A stretch of 64,000 bases of DNA, taken from positions 52,328,001 through 52,392,000 of the forward strand of contig OZ336877.1 in NCBI GenBank assembly GCA_965287045.1, read 5' to 3'. The notes under the pieces were generated by a model that saw only the letters and a program-made list of their open reading frames with translations, was not told the origin of the DNA and searched no databases. Origin of the DNA: Carcharhinus amblyrhynchos (lineage: Eukaryota). Positions 1-11,308 of this stretch are shown piece after piece; the stretch's first letter is position 1; each line of letters starts with the position of its first letter. Position numbers and translations under genes: made by a program.

Positions 1-1096
1 TAATTGAGTATGTCAGTTACTGTAGTAAAAGGGGAATGTGTCCTCTCCTTCAGGCAGCTCTCCCACTCTCACTGGACTCACCCCGGAGTGTCTGTGCTGT
101 CCATTTCTGTTTCAGCCAGGATCAACACCAGAGACAATGACAGGGACAGAGGCAATGCACCCAGCACTGCTGCTGAGCTGAGGATCTAGGCCAATATGTA
201 ACTTAATTTTTGTGCTCAATTAGTAATTAGTGGACATGAGCAACAAAGGATTAGATTTGTTTTAGCCCTTTATTTTGAGCCTCTTATTGAGCCACTTGAT
301 GTGAGACATGCAAGGAGAGAAAGTAATTTTCCACCTCTGGGTCTGGCTTTAACCATTCCCATGACACAACATTTTCTGACTGGTCTGTATTTGGAATGAC
401 TAATATTTAGAGTTGTAATGAGATGCAGGGCCACATAAAACTGATTTGATTTATCAGACTGGGTCTTTTTATATACTGCAAGCTATTTTTCTGCAGAACA
501 AATTTAAGATTGTGGTATTTAACCCTTAATTTCTTGATTTTTGTGTTTATAAATTGAGAACAAAGGTTTTTGTACTTGCCAAAGAGGCTTTTATTTCTGG
601 AATTAGCATATTATATTGTAGAAATATATAATTTGGCCTGTCCCATTGCCACAATTTTTTTATGTTGGGCCTCCTATACTCTATTCAAAAAGATGAGATG
701 ATTATAGAAAGCACATGTAATGAAAAGTCATCCCTCAAGTGATCTTAGCAAGCTATAATTGGAAAGCTTAAATTGGATTCCATTGCTCTGGGTTGTAATT
801 CCATTTACATCACACGAGACACTTCCCACCTAAACTCATCTATCAACAAATCCAGAGCTTTGATCAGCCTTTGACCCAATGCAAGCTATGGAAAACCTCA
901 AAAACAGGTAACTGGCGAGTTGTCAATTCTCTGAATATCCCCTCTTCAATGTGCCAATTGTACATAAGATTGATAAAACAATAATGTGGATTCTTTCTTT
1001 GAAAATAATCTATGCAGATAGAATTAACTGGGCGACTATTGTGCACACATCTTACTCCCAGCTCTGCTGCAAGATTGCAAGAAATGGTACTAATAT

Positions 1097-1612
1097 TTTT
1101 GATTTGGTTTATTATTGTAACAAGTATTGGGATACAGTGAAAAGTATTGTTTCTTGCATGCTATACAGACAGAACATACCGAGTACATAAGGGAGAAGGG
1201 AAGGAGAGGGTGCAGAATGTAGTGCTACAGTCAGAGTTAGTGTGTAGGGAAAAATCAACTTAATAAATGGTAAGTCCATTCAAAAATCTGATTGCAGCAG
1301 AGAAAAAGCTGTTCTTGAGTCAGTATGTGATCTCAGACTTTTGTATCATTTCCCAATGGAAGAAGGGGAACAGAGTATGTCCAGGGTGTGTGAGGTTCCT
1401 GATTACGCTGGCTGTTTTTCCAAGGCAGTGGGGGGTGTAGACAGAGTCAATAGATGGGAGGTTGGTTTGTGTGATGGACCGGGCTACATTCACAACCTTT
1501 TGTTTTTTTTTGTGATCTTGATCAGAACTGGAGCCATACCAAGCTGTGACATGTTTGGAACGGATGCTTTCCATGATGCATCTGTGAAAATTGGTGAGAG
1601 TCATTTCTTATA
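1097..1612 (-). mobile_element. Rex1/Babar-type LINE, 3' fragment
   Basis: ORF 1320-1604 LTNFHRCIMES...TAWYGSSSDQD...QKVVNVARSITQTNLPSIDSVY...THPGH matches the Rex1 RT C-terminal region; followed by a 3' UTR and short tail. Confidence 0.85.
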
Positions 1613-3649
1613 ACAGTGGTAATAGTGATTGACAACAGTTCAAGAAATGCCTCCTTAAGGATATATGCACACCCTATCACAAAATGGGAGGATGGAAAAT
1701 TGGAGTTCTGCTGCAGTGATAGAGGCATTGACCAACAATGGTCCCCACAAAATTAGCTGTGGAACCAATATCTGCGCAATATCTCTAACTACTAAATTAG
1801 TACATTTTGTGCCTATTTTAAGTAAAAACAAAGCACAAAATATGCCAATTTCTAACACATTTTTTGAATTGCTTCTTCTGCTGGAAATTGCAAATGAAGT
1901 AAAATCAAAAATACGATTAATGTCTCTAAATTACATCGAAATTTGTATGTGAAATTGATATCAGTGTGTAAAATAATGGATCTGTAATAAGTCTCAAAGT
2001 TTTATGGCTCGACTTCTCTTTCTTACAATGCCATTTTCAATGTTTTGTTTTCATAATAGTTGAAAGAATGGGTACACTTTGTCCTAAAGCATTCAAGATT
2101 ACGTTAAAATTAATTAAATGGGCATTAACGAAATGAACCTGCCATTGTAATATTTTACTTGCTACAATGCACTTTAATAAATCTGTTGGCCCATGGATGG
2201 ATGTGAAACATGCTGGAGAAATCAAGACCATCGGGTAAAATATGTTACCTGTGCCAGAACATTGTTCAGAAAGCTCACAGTGATCTATGCAGTAGAAAAT
2301 GCAGCCCTCCCTTCAACTTTTACTGTATAAAAAAACTGTTAATCAGGATGTCACAATTTATCAGTGCTCTGACATACTAAGACAGTGTGACATTAAGAAA
2401 CAATGATAATTGTATCTGTCATTTTTCACCTATGATGATAATCTTCGAGTCTGACAGTTGAGGCATTGTGCCAGATCGACATGAGAGGCACACACGAGCC
2501 CAAAGCACTACTACCTGGAAAGAAAGTTCCATATCCAGGGAATTGACAGCACTGATAGCATGGTGTCATCACTGTTGTGATTAATAAAATTGTGATAATC
2601 CTTCCTCGCAAAATCATACACTGTCAACGTTAATTGTTAATGTTGTCAATGGTGTCTTCATCCATATCTTCTCCTGTCTTAAGCAATTTAACAGCACAGT
2701 CAATATTTGTGAATTACAGTCTAACAATATGTACGGTAGGCGCATGAAGACAAATAAAGCCAGCTCAGTTTTGCAGCATTATTCAGACTTTCTGGGCCTT
2801 GATCTCCACGTTATTAAACAAGTTGCTTGTGATTCTTTAAGTTCCCCAATCCTGCCGTAACTTCAGTGAAAGATTCACAGAATCCATGGAAAAATGGCGC
2901 AAATATGTTTGCCATACATGCTAAGCTCACTCAACCAAACTAAATTACTAATGGGCTCAAGTATATTCCATAAAAACCGTGCTTCATAAACTAAATAATA
3001 GTGTTCTTCAAATATAGTTACACAGGCGGGACAACTATCGAGGAACAATCAATAAGCAGTTGAAAGCCACCAAGTAATGATTGTAAATCATCTCATAATC
3101 AACCACTTCTGTTGCAAATTGTTTGTAATGTTTTCACTGTACATGTTACTACAGAGCACACACTGGGAGGAATATGATTTCCATGTGATTAGCAACCCGG
3201 CGCTCAATCATCTGGGCTCACTTGCCTTTGTGGCCTCGCCAGAAGAAGCTCTCTCCAGCAAGGAAAACACCTGCTCCCATGAACAGGGAACAGACGTGTT
3301 GCCCTCGCCGGTAGAAACAGAGGCAATTGAGGTCTCCCAAGAAGGTTGAGGTCAAAGGGGAATGCCCCTTGGGTATTGCTGGCCTGCACCTTGGCAATTC
3401 CACCAGGCAGTGCTGGGGTGGGGCCAGAAGGTTTCAGGGCTTATTGGTCAGTGTCCAGAGCCTATAGGGGGGCAGGTCCTATGGGATGGCCTGAAGTGAC
3501 GGGGCCTATGGGGATGGGGCCTGAAAGTGCTTGCTCTATGGGCGTGCCTAAAGTGACAGGGCCTATGAGGGATGGGATCAGACCAGGGCAGCCCAATTAG
3601 GGAGAGGTGTATTCTGCAGCTGCAATAGGTAAGGAGGAGGGAAAAGAAG

Positions 3650-3950
3650 CCCGCTGAACATTCTGTACAAGCCCAGCATGTTCCCTCAAAGGTAATAAGA
3701 AGGAGTAACAAGGCCAGAGAACCATGGATGACCAGAGATACTCAGGGTACAATGAGAAGGAAAAGAAAGGCTTTTAGCCAAGGGGAGCAAATCAGCAGAG
3801 GTATTAGCAGATGAGCATTTGGCACATCATAACATTCAAGGCTATGGACCAAATAAATGGGATTAGGTACGAGGTTTGGTACTTTTCACATATTAGCGCA
3901 GATTTAATTGCCTGAAGAGTCTCTTCTGCACTGTACGATCCTATGATTCT
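3650..3950 (+). mobile_element. CR1-like LINE fragments (internally deleted)
   Basis: gaaccatggatgacc (EPWMT) segment joined to a CR1 3' end ending ctgcactgtacgatcctatgattcta. Confidence 0.6.
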
Positions 3951-5165
3951 AAGGGACTTAGCAATAGTAAGGTGAGGGAGCCAGCTGAGAATCACTTGCC
4001 CTTTCTTCCAAGCCTCCTCCCTTCACTAGCCAGCACCCATACCCTTACGTCCGCCTTCCTGCCCTCAATCCCTTGTGGCCTGCAACCCCACTGATCCTAG
4101 TCAGCTAGACCATGAACTCCAGCCAGAGGGTCACATTCAAACTTGAGCACTGGAAATATATTTGATGAAACAGAGGAAATTCAGGTCCATTTCTGCTAAT
4201 ACTTTGTGTGCGCTGGTTTAGGAGTAGCTTCCAGCTTCCTCATCCTCCATTTCCTTTGTGTAAGACTGTCGAGGGCAGCCTCGATCAAGACCCCTCCAGC
4301 TTGGGCTGTGCCAGCTTTACCTTTGAGTTGAAAAGTAGCCTTCTGCTTCTTCCAGTTGAGAGCACAATTACGGTATTACACCAGGAACTGCACACAGCAT
4401 CTTAACACTCCATCAAACACCCTACATGGTTTCAATAAATCCATTCCTCTTTGATGTCCAGTTTATTCTCAGAATCAAATAATTCAGCAACTGCTTTCAG
4501 CTTTCCTATATTTTGTAATAACTACACTTTTTGAAGTCTGGCGTAAATTTAAGTTTCAACATTAAGCCAGAAATACACAGATAAATGGAATAAAAGACAT
4601 CAAAGACAGCCAAAAAATTGCGAACACATTATTTCACGGAACAATCATGCTAAAATTGCAAAGTGGCATATCTGTGAAGTTAATCATTTCTTTCTGTCCC
4701 TGAATGTTGAATGGATGTCTCAAAGGGTATCTCTTTCCTTTGACGTTTGTGTTTGGAAAACATTATGAAAATGGAAGCATTCTTTTACCAAATATCTACA
4801 GGTATTTGATGATCTTGTGCTCACAGGGTGGAGTTTACTTCCACAGATGGGCAAATGGGACATGGGCATCAGTGTGCAGTTCCACATCAGTGATAAACTC
4901 CAGCAGCTTACATTGCAGCAAATACCATTGCTTACCCTTCATACACACCATCATTTTTACTGTGAATTGCAATGGCTCAGAGCAATGTTCTAGCCGGGAA
5001 GTGAGATTCTAATTTCACGGACTAGTTTTTAACAACAGAATTATGCAAAAAAAGTCACATTCTTTTTCCAGAAAAATGCTTCCTTTTGCCCTCCATTTTT
5101 AAGTATTTCCTCCATTAACAAATATTTAGAATGAGTGATGAAGAATTGAAATGCTTCAGAGGCAT

Positions 5166-5292
5166 GGGCAGGATTTCCTGGCCACGGGCGCCCTAAGACT
5201 GGATAATCCCACCCGAGATCAATGGACCTTTGCATCGTCCGTATCCCGCCTGCTATGATTCCCATGGTGGGCGGGATGAGAAAATTCCACCC
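5166..5292. mobile_element. ~127-bp MITE (Harbinger-like termini)
   Basis: Ends GGGCAGGATTT...AAAATTCCACCC; related copies at about 6350, 28522, 37147, 41842, 44960 and 55861. Confidence 0.7.
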
Positions 5293-5643
5293 ATGGAGTA
5301 CAGAGGTGTGATTTTGCCTCCAGGGGTGAGAAAAGGAAATTGGAACCATTTCTGGGTACCAGATCTGCCCCAGAAGGGGGTTCGGTTTCCCAAGAATATC
5401 CCCTTAATTAACCAATTTTTGTAGGAAGAGAAATGGAAAAGAGATGACTCCCAAGTGTTGGCCTAAATTGAACAAACAAAGGGAACCATGACTTTGGCCA
5501 TCGCTTCCCTGCTGCACCATCTGCTTGCAGTATCATACATTCAGAGAAACTTAGAATGTGTCAAGAGAGCCAAATGCCAGGTCAGGGCACAATGCCTGAT
5601 CATGCTCTCTTTTGTCTTTGCAGGAGAAATAGACTCATAATCC

Positions 5644-5900
5644 TGGTGGCACAATGGTTCACACTACTCCCTCACAGGGACCCGGGTTCAATTCCAACTT
5701 AAGTTATTGTCTGTGTGGAGTTTGCACATTTTCCTTGTGCCTGTGTGGATTTCTTCTGGGTGCACCCGTTTCTCCCCACACTCCAAAGATGTGCAGGTCA
5801 GGTTGATTGGCCATGCTAAATTGTCCCTTAGTGTCAGGGAAAGATTAGCAGGGTAAATACATGAGGTCACAGGGATAAGGCCTGGGTGGGATTGTTGTCT
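5644..5900 (+). mobile_element. HE1/V-SINE (tRNA-derived)
   Basis: A-box-like tggcacaatgg, B box gggttcaattcc, V-domain tgtgtggagtttgca...ccaaagatgtgcagg. Confidence 0.9.
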
Positions 5901-5924
5901 GTCTGCAACGTCAGGATTCTGTAA

Positions 5925-6245
5925 TGTCTGGGAGAGGGAATATGGAGGGATAATGTAGAAAATACAGCAGCCAATTCACACAGAGCAAGCTTTCCACAAA
6001 CAGCAATGAGATAGTGACCAGATGGTTTGTCTTTCTCAGGCCAAAAGAGAAAATGCTGGAAAACTCAGCAGATTCGGTAACATCTGTAAGGAGAGAAAAG
6101 AGCTGATGTTTCAAGTCCAGATGACTCTTTGGCAAAGCTGTTTTTCTAAGGGATGTTCCTACAGGGATAATGTTAACCAGGGCACTAAGTATAGACAATG
6201 CACTTTTCTCCTTCAAAATAGCGTCACTGGATGTTTTACAATTTG
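5925..6245 (-). mobile_element. DeuSINE/SacSINE1-like SINE interrupted by a Penelope-like fragment
   Basis: cagcagccaatt...cacaaacagcaatgagatagtgaccagat resumes at ggataatgttaaccagggcac...cttcaaaatag after an insertion of about 100 bp. Confidence 0.6.
6043..6142 (-). mobile_element. Penelope-like terminal repeat fragment
   Basis: aaatgctggaaaactcagcag...catctgtaaggagagaaaagagctgatgtttcaagtcc; same family as 42725-42812. Confidence 0.55.
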
Positions 6246-6349
6246 ATGTGTGAATATTTCTCTATCTTTATATTGTCACAATCATGGAGTAGAGAGCGCA
6301 ATGCATTCATTACGGCGATTTGACAACAGGTTAGATTGGGAAAGCTATT

Positions 6350-6475
6350 GGGCGGGGTTTTATATCTTCGCTTTCCCAAAACTGTAAAATCCCGCCTGAG
6401 GTAAACAGACTTTCCTATTGTCCACCCCTCGCCTGCTCCGATTCCTATGTTGGGCGAAATGATAAAATCCCAGTT
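6350..6475. mobile_element. ~127-bp MITE copy
   Basis: GGGCGGGGTTTT...AAAATCCCAG; body aligns by eye with 5166-5292. Confidence 0.65.
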
Positions 6476-6652
6476 ATGTGTCTGCTCCCAAAGGCTAATT
6501 CTAATGATCCTTTCTTGTGTCTCTCACAGTTCCAGATGTTGTGCCAATTAGAACATTTTCCCCTCTATCAGCTGCCAAGCACAGCAACAACAGAGCTCAG
6601 ATGTGTCAATCCTTACAAGTGCATCATCCTCCAACTCGGACACACTCACCAC

Positions 6653-6973
6653 GGGCGACACAGTGGCACAGTGGTTAGCGCTGCTACCGCACAGCACCAG
6701 GGACCCGGGTTCAATTCTGGCCTTAGGTCACTGTCTATGTGGAGTTTGCACGTTCTCCCCATGTCTGCGCGGGGTTCCTTCGGGTGCTCTGGTTTCCTCC
6801 CACAATCCAAAGATGCATAGGTTAGGTTGATTGACTATGCTAAATTCACCCTAATATCAGAGGGAATTAGCAGGGTAAAAGTGACAGGAATAAGGCCTGG
6901 GTGGGATTGTGGCCAGTACAGACTCAATGGGCTGAATGGTCTCCTTCTGTACTGTAGGGATTCTATGATTCTA
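6653..6973 (+). mobile_element. HE1/V-SINE, near full length, CR1-type tail
   Basis: gggcgacacagtggcacagtggttagc head; tail ctgtagggattctatgattcta. Confidence 0.92.
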
Positions 6974-8884
6974 CTTCAACAGGTCCTCGCAACCCAGGTA
7001 AATGTGGAGGCCCTGCGAGATGAGTAGTAGTGTGCAAAAGGAAATGCCAGAGGATGATGCAGATGTGAGCATTTTCCATCAGAGGATGAGAAATAGACAC
7101 AGTCCTGCTCATCTGGACACAGATGCAGAGCCTCAGGAGTCACAGAAAAGGAAACTATATATCAATAGGCACAGACTTACTCCCACATGCTGGAGTTCCC
7201 TGAGGCAATGTGGGGTCATGGGCAGATATCCGTCCAACTCATGTTTGCTACAAAGGTTCAGGACTTGGAGCACATGGGCTACCCACTGGAGAGAGTGACC
7301 AATCTCTGCCGCGCCATAAGGTGCAGCTCAGGGTAATGCATGCAGGAAATGTGCACTGAGATAGGCAAGATGCATGCCACGCTATGTGGACAGTGGTGCT
7401 GAAGCAGTTATTTACAGAGATACACAATACAAACATGATCCCCTCACCCAACAACCTGTATCAGTCTGCTCCTTTGTATAGTGTCACAATTTAATACTCA
7501 CCATCTGCACATAATTAAATATAATTATTAGATTTTCTTAAAACATAAGTACAAACGAAATTTCAAAACAAATTAAATCAAAAATCTCCATATTCTGCAC
7601 AAAACACCACATTGCCTCCTCTAGGACCCCATATGATTTCCTTTAACAAACATTTATTTTTGTAAAACAATCCACAGTTGACTACTGCTGAAAAAGGAGA
7701 CACACACCGGAATTCTACTGCCCTACCCGTCATGGACTCAAGAGGGCTGATCTTTCTAGACAGTGTGTTTTCCCACTCTGCCACTCCAAGAGGAAACAGG
7801 GAATGCATCCCTGCTAATACCAGCTGCCCTGCTGCTATTTATCATTTGTTGGAGCATTCACTGACTGAGAGGAAAACCTCTGCCTCTTGGGGGGAGAAAG
7901 TTCCGCAGTCTGATTAACCAGCAGTCCCAGCAGTACCGTATTCAAGCAGCAGCCACTGCTGGGACTACGGCCAGTCCCCAAAGAGCAGCTAAGCGAAGCC
8001 AAACTGATGATACACCCAGGATATTGGCAAACCCCAGAGAACGGGGTGAGGGCTAGGTTTGAGATTCTGGGGAGGGAGGCTCTGAGGACACATTTAATCA
8101 GCAGCACCATCCTGGAAAGGTGTTAAATAATGTCAACGTTTGGACAAACAACTACAAGCAATGAGTCAACAAGAAGGTGACAGAGTTGCCTGCCTCTCAG
8201 TGTTATTACAAAGTGAATCAGCCAAACATGGGTACATTGATACAATTCTAAATGCTTGTCATTCACACCAAATATTTTTATTCCATGCGATTCCTGAAAG
8301 CTAGTTTCTTCTAATCACAACAGAGGTAGGAAGGCTCAAAACATGCTGAGTAATATTTCTGACCATTCTTAGTAATGCAAAGCTAAACAGTGCAGAATAA
8401 ATATACATTTTTTAAAAATGGCTTCAATGTTGCAAAGGTAAAATTTGGTAAAGTTTAAACCTTGGATTTTTGTGGGATAGCACAAGGCCTGCAGACAAAA
8501 TCCAATCCACCACACACTTTTTTAAGATTTTAGACTAGAGCTCGCCAAGTATTGGTCCTTTGAGCAAAGAAAGACTGTTTCATTTGGGCTAAGATGCACC
8601 ATTATTCACCAGAGCAAGCTTGCAAGATCTCCCCGTAGGATCAGGGAGGAAATGAAAAGTTCAACCCATGTGTCACGCAGTAAGTTTTGGTTGTTCATGC
8701 TCTATGTGTTTACCATAACCTATGTACTGTTTGGCGAACAGAAGCATCCCCTGCGATATGAGGACATTTCTGAGACTGAACAGGCTGGTTTGACCTTCGG
8801 CCTAATAAAAATAATAGAGCTGCATCTGTAAGTTTAAAGACATTGTGCATTATGATTGTACGTTTTAATATTTTCTGACATTTC

Positions 8885-9152
8885 TGTAAGAAATCAAGGG
8901 CAGCTTGATGTGGCTCAAAGTTACAAAGGATTTATTGCCAACCATAAATAGATATTTATAATAAAGGGTTAGACAGAATTAACTATGTGACCATACAACA
9001 CTCCTCCCTGGCTCTGAGTGCAGACCCTCCCTAACCCAGGATAAGGTCCCTGACACCCGATTTGTTCAGCTTCCTGTAACAACACTGCAAAGGGTCTAGC
9101 CCAATCACATGACCCTCAGGGAGTGCCCCCTTAAAGGGACTAAAATACCACA
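8885..9152 (-). mobile_element. Solo LTR
   Basis: TG...CA termini, flanked by a 5-bp direct repeat ATTTC (8880-8884 and 9153-9157); AATAAA on the minus strand at 8936-8931. Confidence 0.75.
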
Positions 9153-9339
9153 ATTTCTTTTTGGGATTTCCCTGTATTATCCCTGGATAAGAGTAGTCAA
9201 TTGCAAGGGTTCTATCAATTTGACTCTGAAGTTGATCACTCTTGAAAAGTAGTTCTCTCCTTAATGAAGATAAGGCTAAGAGTAGAACTCAACATGGAAA
9301 GATTTAGAAATAAAAGTTGCTTTGTTTGTTATTTTATTA

Positions 9340-9668
9340 AATGGGATTCCACAATAGGATAGCACTTGCTGACTAATCCTATGTGTGCTAAATTAACACC
9401 AATTTAGGATCATCAGTCAGGTTCACAATTTGGCCACTTAGGCTTGCTAGAAGCCACATATATTCATATGCAGATATCTGTTTTCTGCAGGAAAAGGAAC
9501 ATGTCCAGGCATTGCACCTTTTTGAATAAAACAAAAATGTGGGCCAATCAGCCCCCTTTTCTTATGTAGTATAAATTGTTGCTGAATTTGAAACTTGGCA
9601 TTCTTGTGTCTGTCCTGTTGAGTACAAGATGAAAAGCTTCAACAGTATGTCTTTTTTTCAGCAATAAT
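9340..9668 (+). mobile_element. Penelope-like element 3' end (GIY-YIG C-terminus plus terminal repeat)
   Basis: Translates HLLTNPMCAK...FRIISQ...HLGLLEATYIHMQISVFCR; followed by a degenerate hammerhead-like ctgttgagtacaagatgaaa. Confidence 0.7.
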
Positions 9669-9679
9669 CTTGTATATGG

Positions 9680-10330
9680 TATACATTGCTGCCACTGTGC
9701 ATCGGTGGTGGAGGAAATGAATGTTTAAATACAAGGATGGAGTGCCAATCAAGTAAATTGCTTTGTTCTAGATGGTATCAAGCTTTTTGAAACATACAAA
9801 AACATATTAGAGCTGCACTTATCCAGGCAATTGGGTATTCCATCGCAGTCTTGATTTGTGCCTTGTAAATGGTGGACAGACTTTGCGACACAAGAGATGA
9901 GTTAGTCACCTCAGAATTCCCAGTTTCTGACCTGCTCTTGAAGCAACAGTGGAGATGGTTGGGATCCCTCTTGTTGGAAATGATCATTATCTGGCACTTG
10001 TGTGGTGTGAATGTTACTTGCCAATCATCAGTCCAACCTGAATATTATTCAGATCTTGCTGATTTGGAGACAGGCTGTTTCAGTATCTGAGGAGTTGCAA
10101 ATTGTACTGATCATTGTACAATCATCAACAAACACCCCCAGGTCTGACCTTATGATAAAGGAAAGTCCTTGATTGGGCAGCTAAAGATGGTTGACCCTAT
10201 CACACTATCCTTAGGAACTCCTGCAGCAATGTCCTGGGACTGTGATGATTGCTCTCAAACAACCACAACCTTCTTGCTCTGTGCAAGGTATGGTTCTAAC
10301 CAGTGGTGAGCTTCCCCTCTGATTCTGACA
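9680..10330 (-). mobile_element. CR1/L2-group LINE RT fragment
   Basis: SQSLSTIYKAQIKTAMEY and ISNKR.NHL motifs; same family as 24320-25172. Confidence 0.8.
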
Positions 10331-10624
10331 AAGTCCTGAGAAGACACAAAGTCAAATGCTGTCTCCAGAAATTTGATGAACACCTTCCCTGAGTTGCATT
10401 CCTGAAAGTAATGTTTCATATTTATAACATCTTCATCATAATTGAGAAGGAATAATAAGTTGTCCAGTAAGATTCATTCAGGAGCATGTGCCATTAAATA
10501 ATGGATTCTTTTTATTCTCTTTCCAGACTCCCTCTGTCTATGATGACCTTAAATGGACAAAGTGCACAATGTAATTCTCAATCCATTACAGAGAAAAGCT
10601 GAGTTGTTGGAGGCTTGTTGAACT

Positions 10625-10950
10625 GGAAGAGGTGAGAAAGATTGGCTGGGACAAAACCATGAAGAGGTTTTAACGCAGGATGAGAATTTTAAAATGAGGC
10701 GTTGTTTGACGGGGTGTCAATTTAGGTCAGTAAATTTAGGGTTGTGTCAGAATGGGCTCAGGAAAGTATTAGAACATTCATGTCTGGGCGTAACAAAAGG
10801 CATAGATGTGCAGCTCAGCAGCAGGGCAGAAATGGGTGACATTGCAGGGGTATAGTAGCATCTTTGGTGATTGGCAGAATATGTGGGGTAGGAGGATCAA
10901 CTTACCGTCAAATGGGATGCAAAAGTTTTGAATAGTCTGTTTCATTCCCA
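10625..10950 (-). mobile_element. L2-like LINE fragment
   Basis: gatgagaattttaaaatgaggcgttg...gcagggcagaaatgggtgacattgcagggg, reverse-oriented L2 ORF2 end. Confidence 0.55.
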
Positions 10951-11229
10951 GATGGTTAGCATTGCTGCCACGCAGCACCAGGGACCCGGATCCAATTCCA
11001 GCCTCGGGTGAATATCTGTGTTGTTTTTGCACATTTTCCCCATGTCAGCGTGGGTTTCCTCTCAGTGATCCAATTTCCTCCTAAAGTCCAAAATTGCGCA
11101 GGTTAGTTGGATTGGCCAAGCTAAATTGCCCCTTAGTGTCAGCGGGGTAAATACATGAGCTTATGGGGATAGGGCCTGAGTGGGATTGTTGTTGGTGTGG
11201 GCTCAATGGGCTGTAGGGATTCTATGATA
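10951..11229 (+). mobile_element. HE1/V-SINE (5' clipped)
   Basis: ggttagcattgctgcc...gggacccggatccaattcc...tgtagggattctatga. Confidence 0.88.
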
Positions 11230-11308
11230 GAAGATTAGGTGGTGACATCTTGGTGCAGGCTCAATGCACTGTAGGGATTCTATGAGAGAAGATTAGGTGG
11301 TGACATCT
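11193..11308. repeat. 58-bp tandem duplication spanning SINE tail and flank
   Basis: tggtg..ggctcaatg..ctgtagggattctatga.agaagattaggtggtgacatct, present twice. Confidence 0.85.

Noticed and set aside
3415-3580. GC-rich quasi-repeats (gggcct atggg/gaag) giving a Gly/Pro-rich ORF
   Set aside because: Degenerate minisatellite-like tract; not a collagen (no Gly-X-Y register) and not a CRISPR array (no constant repeat with unique spacers).
6653-6725. tRNA gene-like A/B boxes here and at other SINE heads
   Set aside because: Each continues into the V-domain body and tail; these are SINEs, not tRNA genes.
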